Assembly (NCBI GenBank): GCA_934725985.1
Contig: CAKVCX010000001.1
Span: 815,963 to 879,962 of the forward strand
Direction of reading: 5' to 3'
From: an uncultured Bacilli bacterium
GTDB lineage: Bacteria > Bacillota_I > Bacilli_A > RFN20 > CAG-826
Length of the DNA: 64,000 nt
The translations under genes and the position numbers were made by a program. Under the pieces are notes generated by a model that saw only the letters and a program-made list of their open reading frames with translations, ran no database searches and had not been told where the DNA came from. This document shows, piece after piece, positions 55,150-64,000 of the stretch. Positions within the stretch are counted from its first letter, which is position 1. Every line of letters begins with the position of its first letter.

Positions 55150-56559
55150 ATGTTAAAAAAGAAACAATTCAAATCATTGCTACTGCTTTCCCTTTCTTTC
55201 TTTTTACTTGCATCATGTTCTTCTAATAATGATTCATCTAATGAAATTAACCCAAGCGAAGAAGTTATAAATCCTAGTTATGAGGATGTTTATTCTTTTT
55301 ATTCTTCGATGAAAAATGCCCATAACTTTACCGTTGAAACAGACATTAATGATGGCAAATACAGTAAAACCTATTCTGATTATTTCACAAATACATATGT
55401 TTATTGTGATTATGAAACCGATCAAAAAGGGTTTGCTATTAAAAACAACAAAGTTTTTAGATTCGATGGAAATGAAGGCAATTTTATTTCTAGCGATGAA
55501 TATTTAGATGAGAATGGTTCTTCTTATTCTTCTTTATGGGATACTTCTTTGTTTTCTACACCCATTTTAGATGTTGCCTATTTAAGCAAAGCCAAAGGTG
55601 TAACTAGCTTTGATATCTCTTCAAAGAACTTACGTCTTCAATATTTATCGTTTTTAAATATAGATTCAATCTATTTGACAGAAATAAAGTCCATGTCAAC
55701 TTATATAGAAGATAACCATGCTTTAATTAAGTTAAGCATTTCTTCTTTTGAATACACGTCTACTTTTTATTCCATAGGTACTACAAGCAATGATGAAGTA
55801 GAGGATTATTTAAAGAATGCAAATGCTGCAATTATTGATGAATATCTATTAAGAGCCAAAGAAGATTTCTTGACCAATAATTTTACCCATGTCCATCGCG
55901 AATCGCTTACTTACGATGAAAATAATAGCATTACGGGGTATGAATATTCCACGCCTGATTATTATTATGATTATTATTTGAAAAATTCAGGCTATTCCAT
56001 TTATTCAAAAGGTTACATGTCTCTTCATAATAAGATTTATTCCTATTTAGATAAAGAAGGAAATGAAACTTCTGCTGAGTTAGATGGAGCTTATTTGTTC
56101 TATTTAGATGAAAATGCCACCAAAATCTCAACAATTGCTTTGAGTGCACCGGCATTTGTCACCAATATTTATGATATGCCTACTATTATGGATTATCCTT
56201 CCAATATGGACATGTGGGACCATAATTTACAATATTTTACCCCAATTGGAGATGATTCTAGGTTCGAAGGAAAAGGATTTGTTACTACGGATGGCCTTAT
56301 AATGACTTCCTTTTATAAGAATTCTCAATTAGCAAATAATTTGCAATCACTTGGAATAAGTTCTCTTTCTTTTACTAAACTAGAAATGTTTATAAATAAA
56401 ACATCTTCTAAAAGCAATGACTCGGTAACCTTTTTATTTTCTATAAAGGCTAATGGAGTCGATTATGCTTGCCAATATGATTATATTGATTTTACTGCTT
56501 CAAATATTGAAGCCGTGGATGAGTTTTACTCTACTTTAACTAGCAAGGAGGTAATTTAA
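55150..56559 (+). CDS. Lipoprotein, hypothetical
   Basis: MLKKKQFKSLLLLSLSFFLLASCSSNN with an AAAAGGAGG ribosome-binding site. Its stop abuts the next gene start (TAAATG). Confidence 0.6.
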   Translation: MLKKKQFKSLLLLSLSFFLLASCSSNNDSSNEINPSEEVINPSYEDVYSFYSSMKNAHNFTVETDINDGKYSKTYSDYFTNTYVYCDYETDQKGFAIKNNKVFRFDGNEGNFISSDEYLDENGSSYSSLWDTSLFSTPILDVAYLSKAKGVTSFDISSKNLRLQYLSFLNIDSIYLTEIKSMSTYIEDNHALIKLSISSFEYTSTFYSIGTTSNDEVEDYLKNANAAIIDEYLLRAKEDFLTNNFTHVHRESLTYDENNSITGYEYSTPDYYYDYYLKNSGYSIYSKGYMSLHNKIYSYLDKEGNETSAELDGAYLFYLDENATKISTIALSAPAFVTNIYDMPTIMDYPSNMDMWDHNLQYFTPIGDDSRFEGKGFVTTDGLIMTSFYKNSQLANNLQSLGISSLSFTKLEMFINKTSSKSNDSVTFLFSIKANGVDYACQYDYIDFTASNIEAVDEFYSTLTSKEVI

Positions 56560-57339
56560 ATGAAGAAAAAAATAATGCTGAGTTTGTTTTTATTTCCTTT
56601 AATCTTTTCTTGTTCTAATGGCGTTGATTCTTCTAAAACTATCGATAGCGAAGAAAAAGAAAGCTCTAGTTTAGAGGAAGTTGATGAATTTATTGAAGTC
56701 AAATGGAATAAAGGCGACAAGGTTAATAAAGAAATAAGCACAAGCGGCGCATTTATTGATGTTGCCATAGGTGAGATTTTATCCGTCGGCTGTTCCTATA
56801 CCTTTGGCTATAAATATACTTCTGGTTCGGCCTCTTCAAGTCGAGTGGAAGTTTCTTCCAATGGTGTTTGCCAAATCACTTCTAGCGTTGATAATAGCTT
56901 TACTTTAAAAGGGTTAAGACAAGGGGAGACAATCTTAAAACTCTATGATGCAGACGGGGTATTGCGTTACCGAAACAAGATTACTTTTCGAAACGTTTTA
57001 TCTAAAGAAGAGATGTTAGACTTCATAGTCAATAAAGTCGATCATTATGAATCTCAATATGCCAAAGGGATGAATATTTACTTTACATCTAGCTCGACTG
57101 GGCAAGTTACTGGCAAAGATGGAAATGACGAGCTAACTTCCCCAATTACATTTGGATTTGAATATAGCGGTACCTTTGGAGAATATGAATATAAATTAAC
57201 TGTTACCGATTATGATGCTTCTTCTTCTGGCACGACTTTGGTTTTAAATACCATCTACGTCAATAAGAATGGATATGCAATCCATCCTTGTACTTCTGAT
57301 GCGGTGGTTGATTACTTCATCCCCGTATTTCAAGAATAA
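56560..57339 (+). CDS. Lipoprotein, hypothetical
   Basis: MKKKIMLSLFLFPLIFSCSNG, with a Big_2-like segment (GDKVNKEISTSGAFIDVAIGEILSVG...). Confidence 0.6.
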   Translation: MKKKIMLSLFLFPLIFSCSNGVDSSKTIDSEEKESSSLEEVDEFIEVKWNKGDKVNKEISTSGAFIDVAIGEILSVGCSYTFGYKYTSGSASSSRVEVSSNGVCQITSSVDNSFTLKGLRQGETILKLYDADGVLRYRNKITFRNVLSKEEMLDFIVNKVDHYESQYAKGMNIYFTSSSTGQVTGKDGNDELTSPITFGFEYSGTFGEYEYKLTVTDYDASSSGTTLVLNTIYVNKNGYAIHPCTSDAVVDYFIPVFQE

Positions 57340-57354
57340 AGAAAGGATATTATT

Positions 57355-59937
57355 ATGAAAAAAAGTTCATTATTATTAGTTTTATCATCATTGACATTGA
57401 TTTCTTGCGGAGAATCCTCCTCCTCTATTTTTGATAATAGTCAAGAGGAGTCAACGACAAGCGGAAGCGTTATTTCCCCTTCTATTCCCGATGAAGAAGA
57501 GGAAGAATATGTCATTAAGATTGTCGCTCAATCTAACGTTACCATTACTTCATCTAAAGAGAAGGCGAAGCAAGGGGAAACCATTACTTTAACAGTTTCA
57601 GTCGATGACGGTTTTAAGTTAGTTGCCTTGTTAATGAATAATGAAGCGTTAAATGTTATTAACAATCAAGCAACATTTATCATGCCTAATGAATCGGCAA
57701 CGATTTCCGCTACTTTATCAGTTGATGGAGAAGTAACTCTTCAAGGTGGCCTAGTCGGTGTTTTAAAAGAAGAGGTCGAGGGAAGTGGTCTTTATGTCGC
57801 TCGTAATATTAAGGTAAGCAGTGAGACCCCGTTTTCTTTTGTCGTAGGCAATCAAGCCTTGTCAATGAGCGATGTCGATCCGAATAAATGCTTTGCCTCT
57901 ATTAGTTCGAATTATGGTCACGCCAAAACCGGTACTTATGATGAGAATCTTCGTATTGCCGGTGGGGCTACTTATGATTTTTATTACGACGACAATGCTG
58001 ATGTCGACGCTGGGAGATGCTATGTAAAAAAAGTTAGTCAAGATGTCTTGCCAAGCGATGTTGGTAGCTTTGGTGTATTATTTGATGGGCAGGCAAGAAG
58101 CGAGTCAACCATGAATGTCGATGGGGTTTCTTCCATTTCCTATTCCAATAGAATCAATGACACGAAATATGAATATACTAACTATACCAATGGTTCAAAA
58201 GCCTTAGTAACTAAACTAAGCAATGGGTCATCTAAAGGAGTAGTTTCTAAAAAGATTAAAGACAATGTATATTCCATCGTCGATACTTATGTTGAATATG
58301 GGGAAAACTATGCGACTGGATTAAACTCTTCCTCCTATTCTAGCAAATATGCAATCGTGGATTTGGAATCTAGTGTTGCCGATGGCTACTCAAAATTCCA
58401 AAAAGCTAGACACGAGGCTGAATTTGAAGCCCATAAGTTCTCCCATGGACTAGAAAGTTTACGTTTCGATATCATGGATGCCTACTATATTGGCTTTGAT
58501 TCTTCTACTTATGGCACGGACGGACTTGGATTATTTGATAGAAAGGTAGTTTCTACTGCTAAAGCTAAAGGATTTGATGTTGCTCTTGATTCGTATAGAG
58601 AAATAGATACTAGCAGCTCTACAAATGTCTCTGATTCAGATAAGGAAACTTCTTATTATGTTTATGATGTCGATCTCTCCTTTGATAAGGCGGGAAGGCC
58701 TTTATCAGGTACCTATATCGGCAAAAAATATGGTAAGGATGCTTATGATTTTGTTACCCATACCTTAATTGATTCAAGCAAATTTACGACAATTGGGGAT
58801 TTGAGTTTCAACTTTACCTATGCTGATGTAACAAAAGAAAACGATTTCGATGATGCTTCTTATTTTACTTCTTCCTTAACTGCTACGATTAGGGATGAAA
58901 ATCTAGGTGAAGACTATAAAAACAAAAATGCCATTCAGTTAAAGTCTAGCGATACGAATATTTCTTCTTGTCTAACCCTTGCAAGCGATAAAACTACAGC
59001 TTTAGATTTATCTAATTTCGTTATAATGGCTTCTAGCGATACTAGTGTTATCGGTCCTAGAAATACCTTTGAACCTTTCTATTTTGTAACCAAGAAAGGT
59101 GGGAAAGCTATTTTAACCATTGGCAATCCTGCCTTACCTGAACTCCCTTCTGTCCAGATTGAGGTTGAAGTAGTGGCCAATATTACGGTAAGAGGCTTTT
59201 ACATGACTGGGGAAAATGGTATGTATACATCCCTTTTGCAAAGATCAGATGCTTTTACTATAGAAACCGGATGCAAATATAAATTTAGGGTTTATGGTTC
59301 ACCAAAAGATGTTGATGTCCCCTTTAGTGTGACTGCCGATAAGGATTTAATCGATATATCGGTTACCTATGAAAAAGATGGACACTATTACATAACTTAT
59401 GATGCAAGGAATGCCAAGGTTACTAGCCAAGAAACGATCAAGGTTACTCTTGATTCTCCTTATTATGGAGAAGGGGAGAGCAAAACAGTCTTTACGGTTT
59501 ACCTCTTGCCCGGGAAAAGTATTGATCCAATAGGAACTTGGTATGCGGCTTCTAGCTATGATGATAACGGCAATCCTACTGGCTATAATTCAAAAATAGT
59601 CGCTAATATTAAAGAATATGATGCTACTAAAGCTAGCGAAACAATGTCTTCGATTATTTGCAATAACGTCACATATAATTTCTCTTTCTCCATCGATTCC
59701 GATACAAATTCTTGGAAGGTAAGCAATAAAAAGAGTTCTTCTGGGTCTTTCAATCTTATGATTGATGAAACAGACAATGGCTATTTAGGGATTGCCTTGC
59801 AAACTGAAGGTAGTTGGGACGGCATGGATTCTATAACGGAAGGGGAAGACGTTTTAGGCTCTATGAGTTACGATGATGAAACTGGCGAATATACTGCTCA
59901 ATATCAAATATTTGTTCCTTCTTCATTCAAGAGATAG
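57355..59937 (+). CDS. Lipoprotein (860 aa), hypothetical
   Basis: MKKSSLLLVLSSLTLISCGESSSS with an AAAGGAT ribosome-binding site and an acidic linker (PDEEEEEY). Confidence 0.6.
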   Translation: MKKSSLLLVLSSLTLISCGESSSSIFDNSQEESTTSGSVISPSIPDEEEEEYVIKIVAQSNVTITSSKEKAKQGETITLTVSVDDGFKLVALLMNNEALNVINNQATFIMPNESATISATLSVDGEVTLQGGLVGVLKEEVEGSGLYVARNIKVSSETPFSFVVGNQALSMSDVDPNKCFASISSNYGHAKTGTYDENLRIAGGATYDFYYDDNADVDAGRCYVKKVSQDVLPSDVGSFGVLFDGQARSESTMNVDGVSSISYSNRINDTKYEYTNYTNGSKALVTKLSNGSSKGVVSKKIKDNVYSIVDTYVEYGENYATGLNSSSYSSKYAIVDLESSVADGYSKFQKARHEAEFEAHKFSHGLESLRFDIMDAYYIGFDSSTYGTDGLGLFDRKVVSTAKAKGFDVALDSYREIDTSSSTNVSDSDKETSYYVYDVDLSFDKAGRPLSGTYIGKKYGKDAYDFVTHTLIDSSKFTTIGDLSFNFTYADVTKENDFDDASYFTSSLTATIRDENLGEDYKNKNAIQLKSSDTNISSCLTLASDKTTALDLSNFVIMASSDTSVIGPRNTFEPFYFVTKKGGKAILTIGNPALPELPSVQIEVEVVANITVRGFYMTGENGMYTSLLQRSDAFTIETGCKYKFRVYGSPKDVDVPFSVTADKDLIDISVTYEKDGHYYITYDARNAKVTSQETIKVTLDSPYYGEGESKTVFTVYLLPGKSIDPIGTWYAASSYDDNGNPTGYNSKIVANIKEYDATKASETMSSIICNNVTYNFSFSIDSDTNSWKVSNKKSSSGSFNLMIDETDNGYLGIALQTEGSWDGMDSITEGEDVLGSMSYDDETGEYTAQYQIFVPSSFKR

Positions 59938-59950
59938 ACATTAATTTAAA

Positions 59951-59986
59951 AAAACCGGATGAATAAAAATCCGGTTTTCTTTTTTG
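59951..59986 (+). terminator. Rho-independent terminator of the lipoprotein operon
   Basis: AAAACCGGA-tgaataaaaa-TCCGGTTTT followed by CTTTTTTG. Confidence 0.65.
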
Positions 59987-60111
59987 CTTTTAAAAATGTT
60001 TAATTAGGTAACCGCTTCCACAATTTGTCTCTAGGATAATACCAATCAAAAGAGTTATTATTTAGTGTCATATAAATTTATTGACTTAAAAAAGGGAAAG
60101 GTTTTTTGTCT

Positions 60112-61599
60112 ATGGGTAAGATTGGTTTTGATAATGACAAATATTTATCTTTGCAAAGTAAATATATCGAAGAAAGAATTGCCAAATTCGGTGGTAAATT
60201 ATATTTAGAGTTCGGTGGTAAATTATTCGATGATTATCATGCAAGTAGGGTATTGCCAGGATTTGAACCCGATTCTAAGCTCAAGCTTCTTTTGAAAATG
60301 AAAGAGGAAGCCGAGATTGTAATTGCCATTAATTCAAAAACCATCGAAGAAGCAAAGACGCGCGGAGATTTAGGGATTACCTATGATCAAGAAGTACTAC
60401 GCCTTATCGATGCTTTTGTTGCGGCTGGTTTATATGTTAGCTCTGTTGTTTTAACTCAATTCAAAAACCAAAAAAGTGCTCGTCAATTCGAAAGGATGCT
60501 GCAAAAACAAGGCATAGCTACTTACCATCATTATCCAATTGAAGGTTACCCTTATGAAATTGAGAAAATCGTTTCGGAAGATGGCTTAGGAAAAAACGAC
60601 TATATTAGAACTAGTCGACCTTTAGTGGTTTTGACGGCACCAGGTCCAGGGGCTGGCAAGATGGCAACTTGCATATCTCAACTCTATCACGATAACAAAC
60701 ATGGCGTAAAATCTGGCTATGCAAAGTTTGAGACTTTTCCAATTTGGAATCTTCCTTTAAAGCATCCGGTGAACTTAGCCTATGAAGCCGCAACAGCAGA
60801 TTTAGATGATATAAACATGATTGACCCTTATCATTTGCAATCTTATGGTGTTTCTACTGTTAATTACAATAGGGATATTGAGATATTCCCTGTTTTAAAT
60901 AGGATGTTTGAAAAGATTTTTGCCTCTTCTCCTTATAAATCTCCTACCGATATGGGCGTTAATATGGCAGGATTTTGCATTAGCGATGACGAAATTTGCC
61001 AAAAAGCATCCAGACAAGAAATAATAAGACGTTATTTAAAAGCCTTAACCAAACGTAGACAAGGACAAAATAATGAAGAAGAAATTAATAAAATTGATTC
61101 CTTGATGAAAAATAGTGGGATTGAATTAGAAGAGAGAAAAGTAATTGCCTATGCAAAAGAAAAAGCCGAAAAGACTTTAGAACCTGCTGCCGCGATAGAA
61201 TTAGACGATGGAACTATTATTACAGGAAGGAATTCCCCTCTTCTTCGTTGCAATAGTGCTTTGATTTTAAATGCATTAAAACATTTAGCGGGTATTTCTG
61301 ATTCAGTTACTTTATTGCCTAAAGCCATATTAGAGCCAATTTGTAAATTAAAAACCGAATCTTTAGGTGGGCATAACCCACGTCTTCATTTAGATGAAAT
61401 TTTATTGGCTTTAGCCATATCTGCCGTTACCAATCCTTTGGCCGAGATGGCATTAAAGCAACTTCCTAAGTTAAGGGGCTGTCAATCCCATAGTACGGTT
61501 ATTCTTTCTGAAATGGATAATGGAACTCTAAGAAAATTAGGAATCGATCATACTTCTGATCCGATTTATGAAACAAAAAAGCTCTTTCATGGAAAATAG
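60112..61599 (+). CDS. UPF0371/DUF1846-family protein (conserved, function unknown)
   Basis: MGKIGFDNDKYLSLQSKYIEERIAKFGGKLYLEFGGKLFDDYHASRVLPGFEPDSKLKLL matches the characteristic N-terminus of UPF0371 proteins (YLEFGGK..D.HA.RVLPG.EPD.K). The start was moved to the ATG at 60112; the ORF track used a TTG at 60106. Isolated between two terminators. Confidence 0.75.
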   Translation: MGKIGFDNDKYLSLQSKYIEERIAKFGGKLYLEFGGKLFDDYHASRVLPGFEPDSKLKLLLKMKEEAEIVIAINSKTIEEAKTRGDLGITYDQEVLRLIDAFVAAGLYVSSVVLTQFKNQKSARQFERMLQKQGIATYHHYPIEGYPYEIEKIVSEDGLGKNDYIRTSRPLVVLTAPGPGAGKMATCISQLYHDNKHGVKSGYAKFETFPIWNLPLKHPVNLAYEAATADLDDINMIDPYHLQSYGVSTVNYNRDIEIFPVLNRMFEKIFASSPYKSPTDMGVNMAGFCISDDEICQKASRQEIIRRYLKALTKRRQGQNNEEEINKIDSLMKNSGIELEERKVIAYAKEKAEKTLEPAAAIELDDGTIITGRNSPLLRCNSALILNALKHLAGISDSVTLLPKAILEPICKLKTESLGGHNPRLHLDEILLALAISAVTNPLAEMALKQLPKLRGCQSHSTVILSEMDNGTLRKLGIDHTSDPIYETKKLFHGK

Positions 61600-61604
61600 A
61601 CAAT

Positions 61605-61652
61605 TAAAAAAACACGTACCTTTTTAGAAAAATTAAGGTACGTGTTATTTTT
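61605..61652. terminator. Bidirectional terminator between convergent genes
   Basis: AACACGTACC (61611-61620) and GGTACGTGTT (61637-61646) are separated by a 16-nt loop, with A and T runs on both sides. It sits between the stops at 61599 (plus strand) and 61654 (minus strand). Confidence 0.6.
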
Positions 61653-61653
61653 A

Positions 61654-62667
61654 TTAGGCTATGTGAGTTATTGTTACGTTTAGTTCCGTATTGTCTTTAT
61701 ACGAATCTTTTTCTTGTACTTGCTTTACTTTAACATCATTTCCATATAGGAAGTTAGCTTTTATGTCGGCATTTATTTTTACTTCGTTATTTACTGTATA
61801 GTATGAATCGGTAATGTTTGTTGTCGCTGTCCAATCAACTAATAAACCAACGGAAGTAAATCCAACTTCAGTAAAGGAAATATATAAGGAAGAAGTACCT
61901 TCTATATTCGTGGAAGAAAGACTAGAATCGCTATCTCCGAATGCTTGCAAAATCTTTTCTGGGTCAAGGGTAAATACATAAGAATATGTCTCGTTTTGTC
62001 CTTTAATGAAATTTAGCGAGGAACAAAGCTGATTGATCGAGGTTATCATTTGCGAATAATCGATTTGAACGGCTTCTTCGCCTTGTTCAATTTCGTTTAA
62101 TTGTATTTTTTCCTTCATGTTAGTTGGAAGGGTGGTGGTTGGGACAATTGCTGTCATCAATTCGCGAATTCCCTCTAAGTCTACATAAACGTATCCGTCG
62201 TCGATATAAGCTTTGGCGCTGACGCTCCCCTTTTTATCAATATTTGGGTTGGAATCCATTTCAACGCCTTCGACTTCTTGTTTTAGCGTAAAGTCTGCTG
62301 TTGCTTCTGCGCTAGCATCGATTGCTTTAATGTCGGTTGTTTTGATATTTTTTATGCCGGCTTCAAGATTAAGGTTTTTAATTTCGAATAAAGAAGAAGA
62401 GGTCACTGTGCCAGATGTACCGGAATAGCTATATGTTTGGCTCATATTGTTGGTAAGTTTGGCGTTACCAGTGACTTTAAGGCCAAGCGCTTCGACATTA
62501 TTCATGGCAGATGCGGCTTTAACAAAATGAGCGGAAATGTCTTGTTCTTCAACACTTTCTCCACTAGGGATTTCGTTAGCATCCCCTCCATTTGAATTCG
62601 GATTATTGCCACAAGCCATCAAGACGATTGGAGCGGCAAATAACATTAACAAATTTGTTTTTTTCAT
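61654..62667 (-). CDS. Lipoprotein, hypothetical
   Basis: MKKTNLLMLFAAPIVLMACGNNPNSNGG (lipobox LMAC) with a GGGAGAAAAAA ribosome-binding site. Confidence 0.6.
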   Translation of the reverse strand: MKKTNLLMLFAAPIVLMACGNNPNSNGGDANEIPSGESVEEQDISAHFVKAASAMNNVEALGLKVTGNAKLTNNMSQTYSYSGTSGTVTSSSLFEIKNLNLEAGIKNIKTTDIKAIDASAEATADFTLKQEVEGVEMDSNPNIDKKGSVSAKAYIDDGYVYVDLEGIRELMTAIVPTTTLPTNMKEKIQLNEIEQGEEAVQIDYSQMITSINQLCSSLNFIKGQNETYSYVFTLDPEKILQAFGDSDSSLSSTNIEGTSSLYISFTEVGFTSVGLLVDWTATTNITDSYYTVNNEVKINADIKANFLYGNDVKVKQVQEKDSYKDNTELNVTITHIA

Positions 62668-62740
62668 TTTTTTCTCCCATTTGTTGACTATATTTTGCCT
62701 TAAATTAACTTAAAAATAAATAAATATTTAATTTATAAAT

Positions 62741-62781
62741 ATAAAAAACGCCATGCCCTATTAAGGATGGCGTTTTTTTGA
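62741..62781. terminator. Perfect 8-bp hairpin terminator flanked by A and T runs (functional for the minus-strand upstream gene; potentially bidirectional)
   Basis: AAAAAACGCCAT-gccctattaagg-ATGGCGTTTTTTT. Confidence 0.6.
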
Positions 62782-62783
62782 AA

Positions 62784-63968
62784 TTATAGATTTTCAATTA
62801 TGGTCTTAGCTGCTTCTGGCATTGCGTCGGTACCGACGTTTTTAATGGTCCAGCCAAATACGTATTGCAAATTATTTGCAACGTCTAGGCTCATGGTAAA
62901 TGTCATTTCTGTCTTTTCTTTATTTAGAGCGAATGACATATTTGCCCCATCCATTGACCAACCTTGTGCACCAAACCAGAAAGTGGTTACAAAGCCAAGA
63001 TTATAATTGACTAAGATAGTGCTAAACCCTTGCAATCCAGGCCAATATTCGCCTAATCCATATTGGGCATCTGGTCCATAAAGATTATAGCCATAGGTGG
63101 TAGTTCCGTTTTCATCGACTGTTTTTTCATAGAAGGAAGCCATACTCAACAAGGTCTTGCCATCTTCTTCTGGATCTAGTAACAAGGAACCAACCGTTAA
63201 TATGGAACCATCTTGCCAAATGTCAGTTAGAGTAGCGTCGCTATCTATTTCTGGAGTATTTAAAGTATCTACTCCATCTACGACAGTGCCTGAAGCTGAA
63301 TAGAAAACGTTGTTTTTGGTTATTGATAAATCAATTGTTCCAGCAGCAGGAGTAGCCATTCCAACATCATAAATGGAATTAGCAGAAATTACTTTGTTAT
63401 AAATGGCATTTTCATTGACATAGGATACTGTTTTAAAGGTAGGAAGAACTTCTACACCGCCATCAAATTTAAATCCATCTGGGCAAGCAGCCGCTTTTCC
63501 ATTAGCATCAACCCATTTGGCGCTGCCTTCTAGAGTATATTTTTTAGTCGTAGTGACATTTGTTAAGAAAGTGGTGAGATCGCTAATGTCGATTTGTTCT
63601 GGGATTGTGGGATTTTTTATCCAAGTTTCGACAGCATTAATCGAAGTAGTTCCTACATCAGCAATTTGTAAGGCTAGGCTTAGAGCTTGCCCACTGTAGT
63701 TTATGGCTTGAACAATTTGCCCTGAAGTATCTACAGGGAAGAAACTAGCAAAACTTTCATCGCTTCCTAAAACAGCAACCAAACCGCCGATTTCATTTCC
63801 GGTTGCTTGCTTTACTAGGGTATTGAAATAATAGTAGGAACCAGGAGCAACTCTATCATACCAAAGCGATAAAACGGTGTCATATTCTCCAACGGCTTCA
63901 TCTTGTAACAGGTAATACCCAGCGGGCTCGCCTTGAACAATGACTTCGGTAAATTTTGCCCCACCCAT
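62784..63968 (-). CDS. Beta-rich Gly/Thr/Ser/Tyr-rich protein with elevated GC, hypothetical; 5' end uncertain because the window ends 32 nt upstream
   Basis: A 394-aa ORF starting MGGAKFTEVIVQGEP. No signal peptide is visible at this start. An in-frame TGA lies 8 codons upstream. Local GC is about 40-43% against a background of about 30%. A 61-aa ORF in another frame overlaps its 5' end and runs to the window edge. Confidence 0.5.
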   Translation of the reverse strand: MGGAKFTEVIVQGEPAGYYLLQDEAVGEYDTVLSLWYDRVAPGSYYYFNTLVKQATGNEIGGLVAVLGSDESFASFFPVDTSGQIVQAINYSGQALSLALQIADVGTTSINAVETWIKNPTIPEQIDISDLTTFLTNVTTTKKYTLEGSAKWVDANGKAAACPDGFKFDGGVEVLPTFKTVSYVNENAIYNKVISANSIYDVGMATPAAGTIDLSITKNNVFYSASGTVVDGVDTLNTPEIDSDATLTDIWQDGSILTVGSLLLDPEEDGKTLLSMASFYEKTVDENGTTTYGYNLYGPDAQYGLGEYWPGLQGFSTILVNYNLGFVTTFWFGAQGWSMDGANMSFALNKEKTEMTFTMSLDVANNLQYVFGWTIKNVGTDAMPEAAKTIIENL

Positions 63969-64000
63969 ATTGCCATCGGAATTAAAGCTATCATAACCAT

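Noticed and set aside
57355-57364. A7 tract immediately after the ATG of the 860-aa lipoprotein gene (ATGAAAAAAAGT), and T7 tracts at 7392-7398 and 48621-48627, considered as phase-variation switches
   Set aside because: Runs of 7 are common in a roughly 30% GC genome and encode Lys-Lys in signal peptides. They are too short to call slipped-strand mispairing contingency loci without population data. Only the 48621-48627 tract, which lies in the spacer between the ribosome-binding site and the ATG, is mentioned, and as a low-weight note inside a finding.
1-64000. Searched for CRISPR arrays, rRNA or tRNA genes, transposases or integrases, restriction-modification methyltransferases and toxin-antitoxin pairs
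   Set aside because: No regularly spaced direct repeats were found. No cloverleaf-like GC-rich RNA islands occur in the short intergenic regions. No DDE, serine or tyrosine recombinase motifs, DPPY or FxGxG methyltransferase motifs, or small paired ORFs were seen. The intergenic space is accounted for by promoters, terminators and one riboswitch-like leader.

Overview
The window is AT-rich (about 30% GC) and uses the standard genetic code: TGA terminates genes and Trp is TGG. Gene density is high and there is an unusually large number of lipoproteins with Leu-x-x-Cys lipoboxes. Several surface proteins are anchored by a C-terminal TM helix plus a basic tail, with no LPXTG motif. This pattern fits a low-GC Firmicute/Tenericute of the Acholeplasma-like (wall-less) type, but that is an inference only. 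No rRNA, tRNA, CRISPR array, transposase or integrase was found.

Layout:
- 0-2.1 kb: an autoregulated TetR operon (TetR, a flavodoxin-like protein, a small membrane protein).
- 2.3-11.9 kb: a sugar-sensing and uptake module. It holds an uncharacterised 257-aa protein, a YesN-type AraC response regulator, a YesM-type histidine kinase, a sensor-associated binding lipoprotein, and a CUT2/Mgl-like ABC transporter. The transporter's binding protein appears circularly permuted, and its permease carries a 230-aa coiled-coil N-terminal extension.
- 12.3 kb: an orphan Sfp-type phosphopantetheinyl transferase.
- 13-22.3 kb: a complete hexuronate/glucuronide catabolic locus (uxuA, SDR-type uxuB, a GPH transporter, uxaC, eda, kdgK, a GH2 glycosidase, an AraC regulator).
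- 22.4-42.7 kb: a cell-surface module. It contains a Big_2 protein, a 4-TM protein, a domain-permuted membrane-anchored GH3, a GT2, beta-helix proteins, an anchored S8 subtilase, a large lipoprotein, a HAD hydrolase and a secreted endonuclease-I-family nuclease.
- 42.9-45.7 kb: a yybP-ykoY-like Mn riboswitch candidate upstream of mntP, an M18 aminopeptidase and udk.
- 45.7-59.9 kb: an island of ten consecutive lipoprotein genes, including tandem paralogs and a 1366-aa LRR/flg_new/PPC-repeat lipoprotein.
- 60.1-64 kb: a UPF0371 protein bracketed by terminators, another lipoprotein, and a GC-elevated beta-rich protein gene at the window edge.
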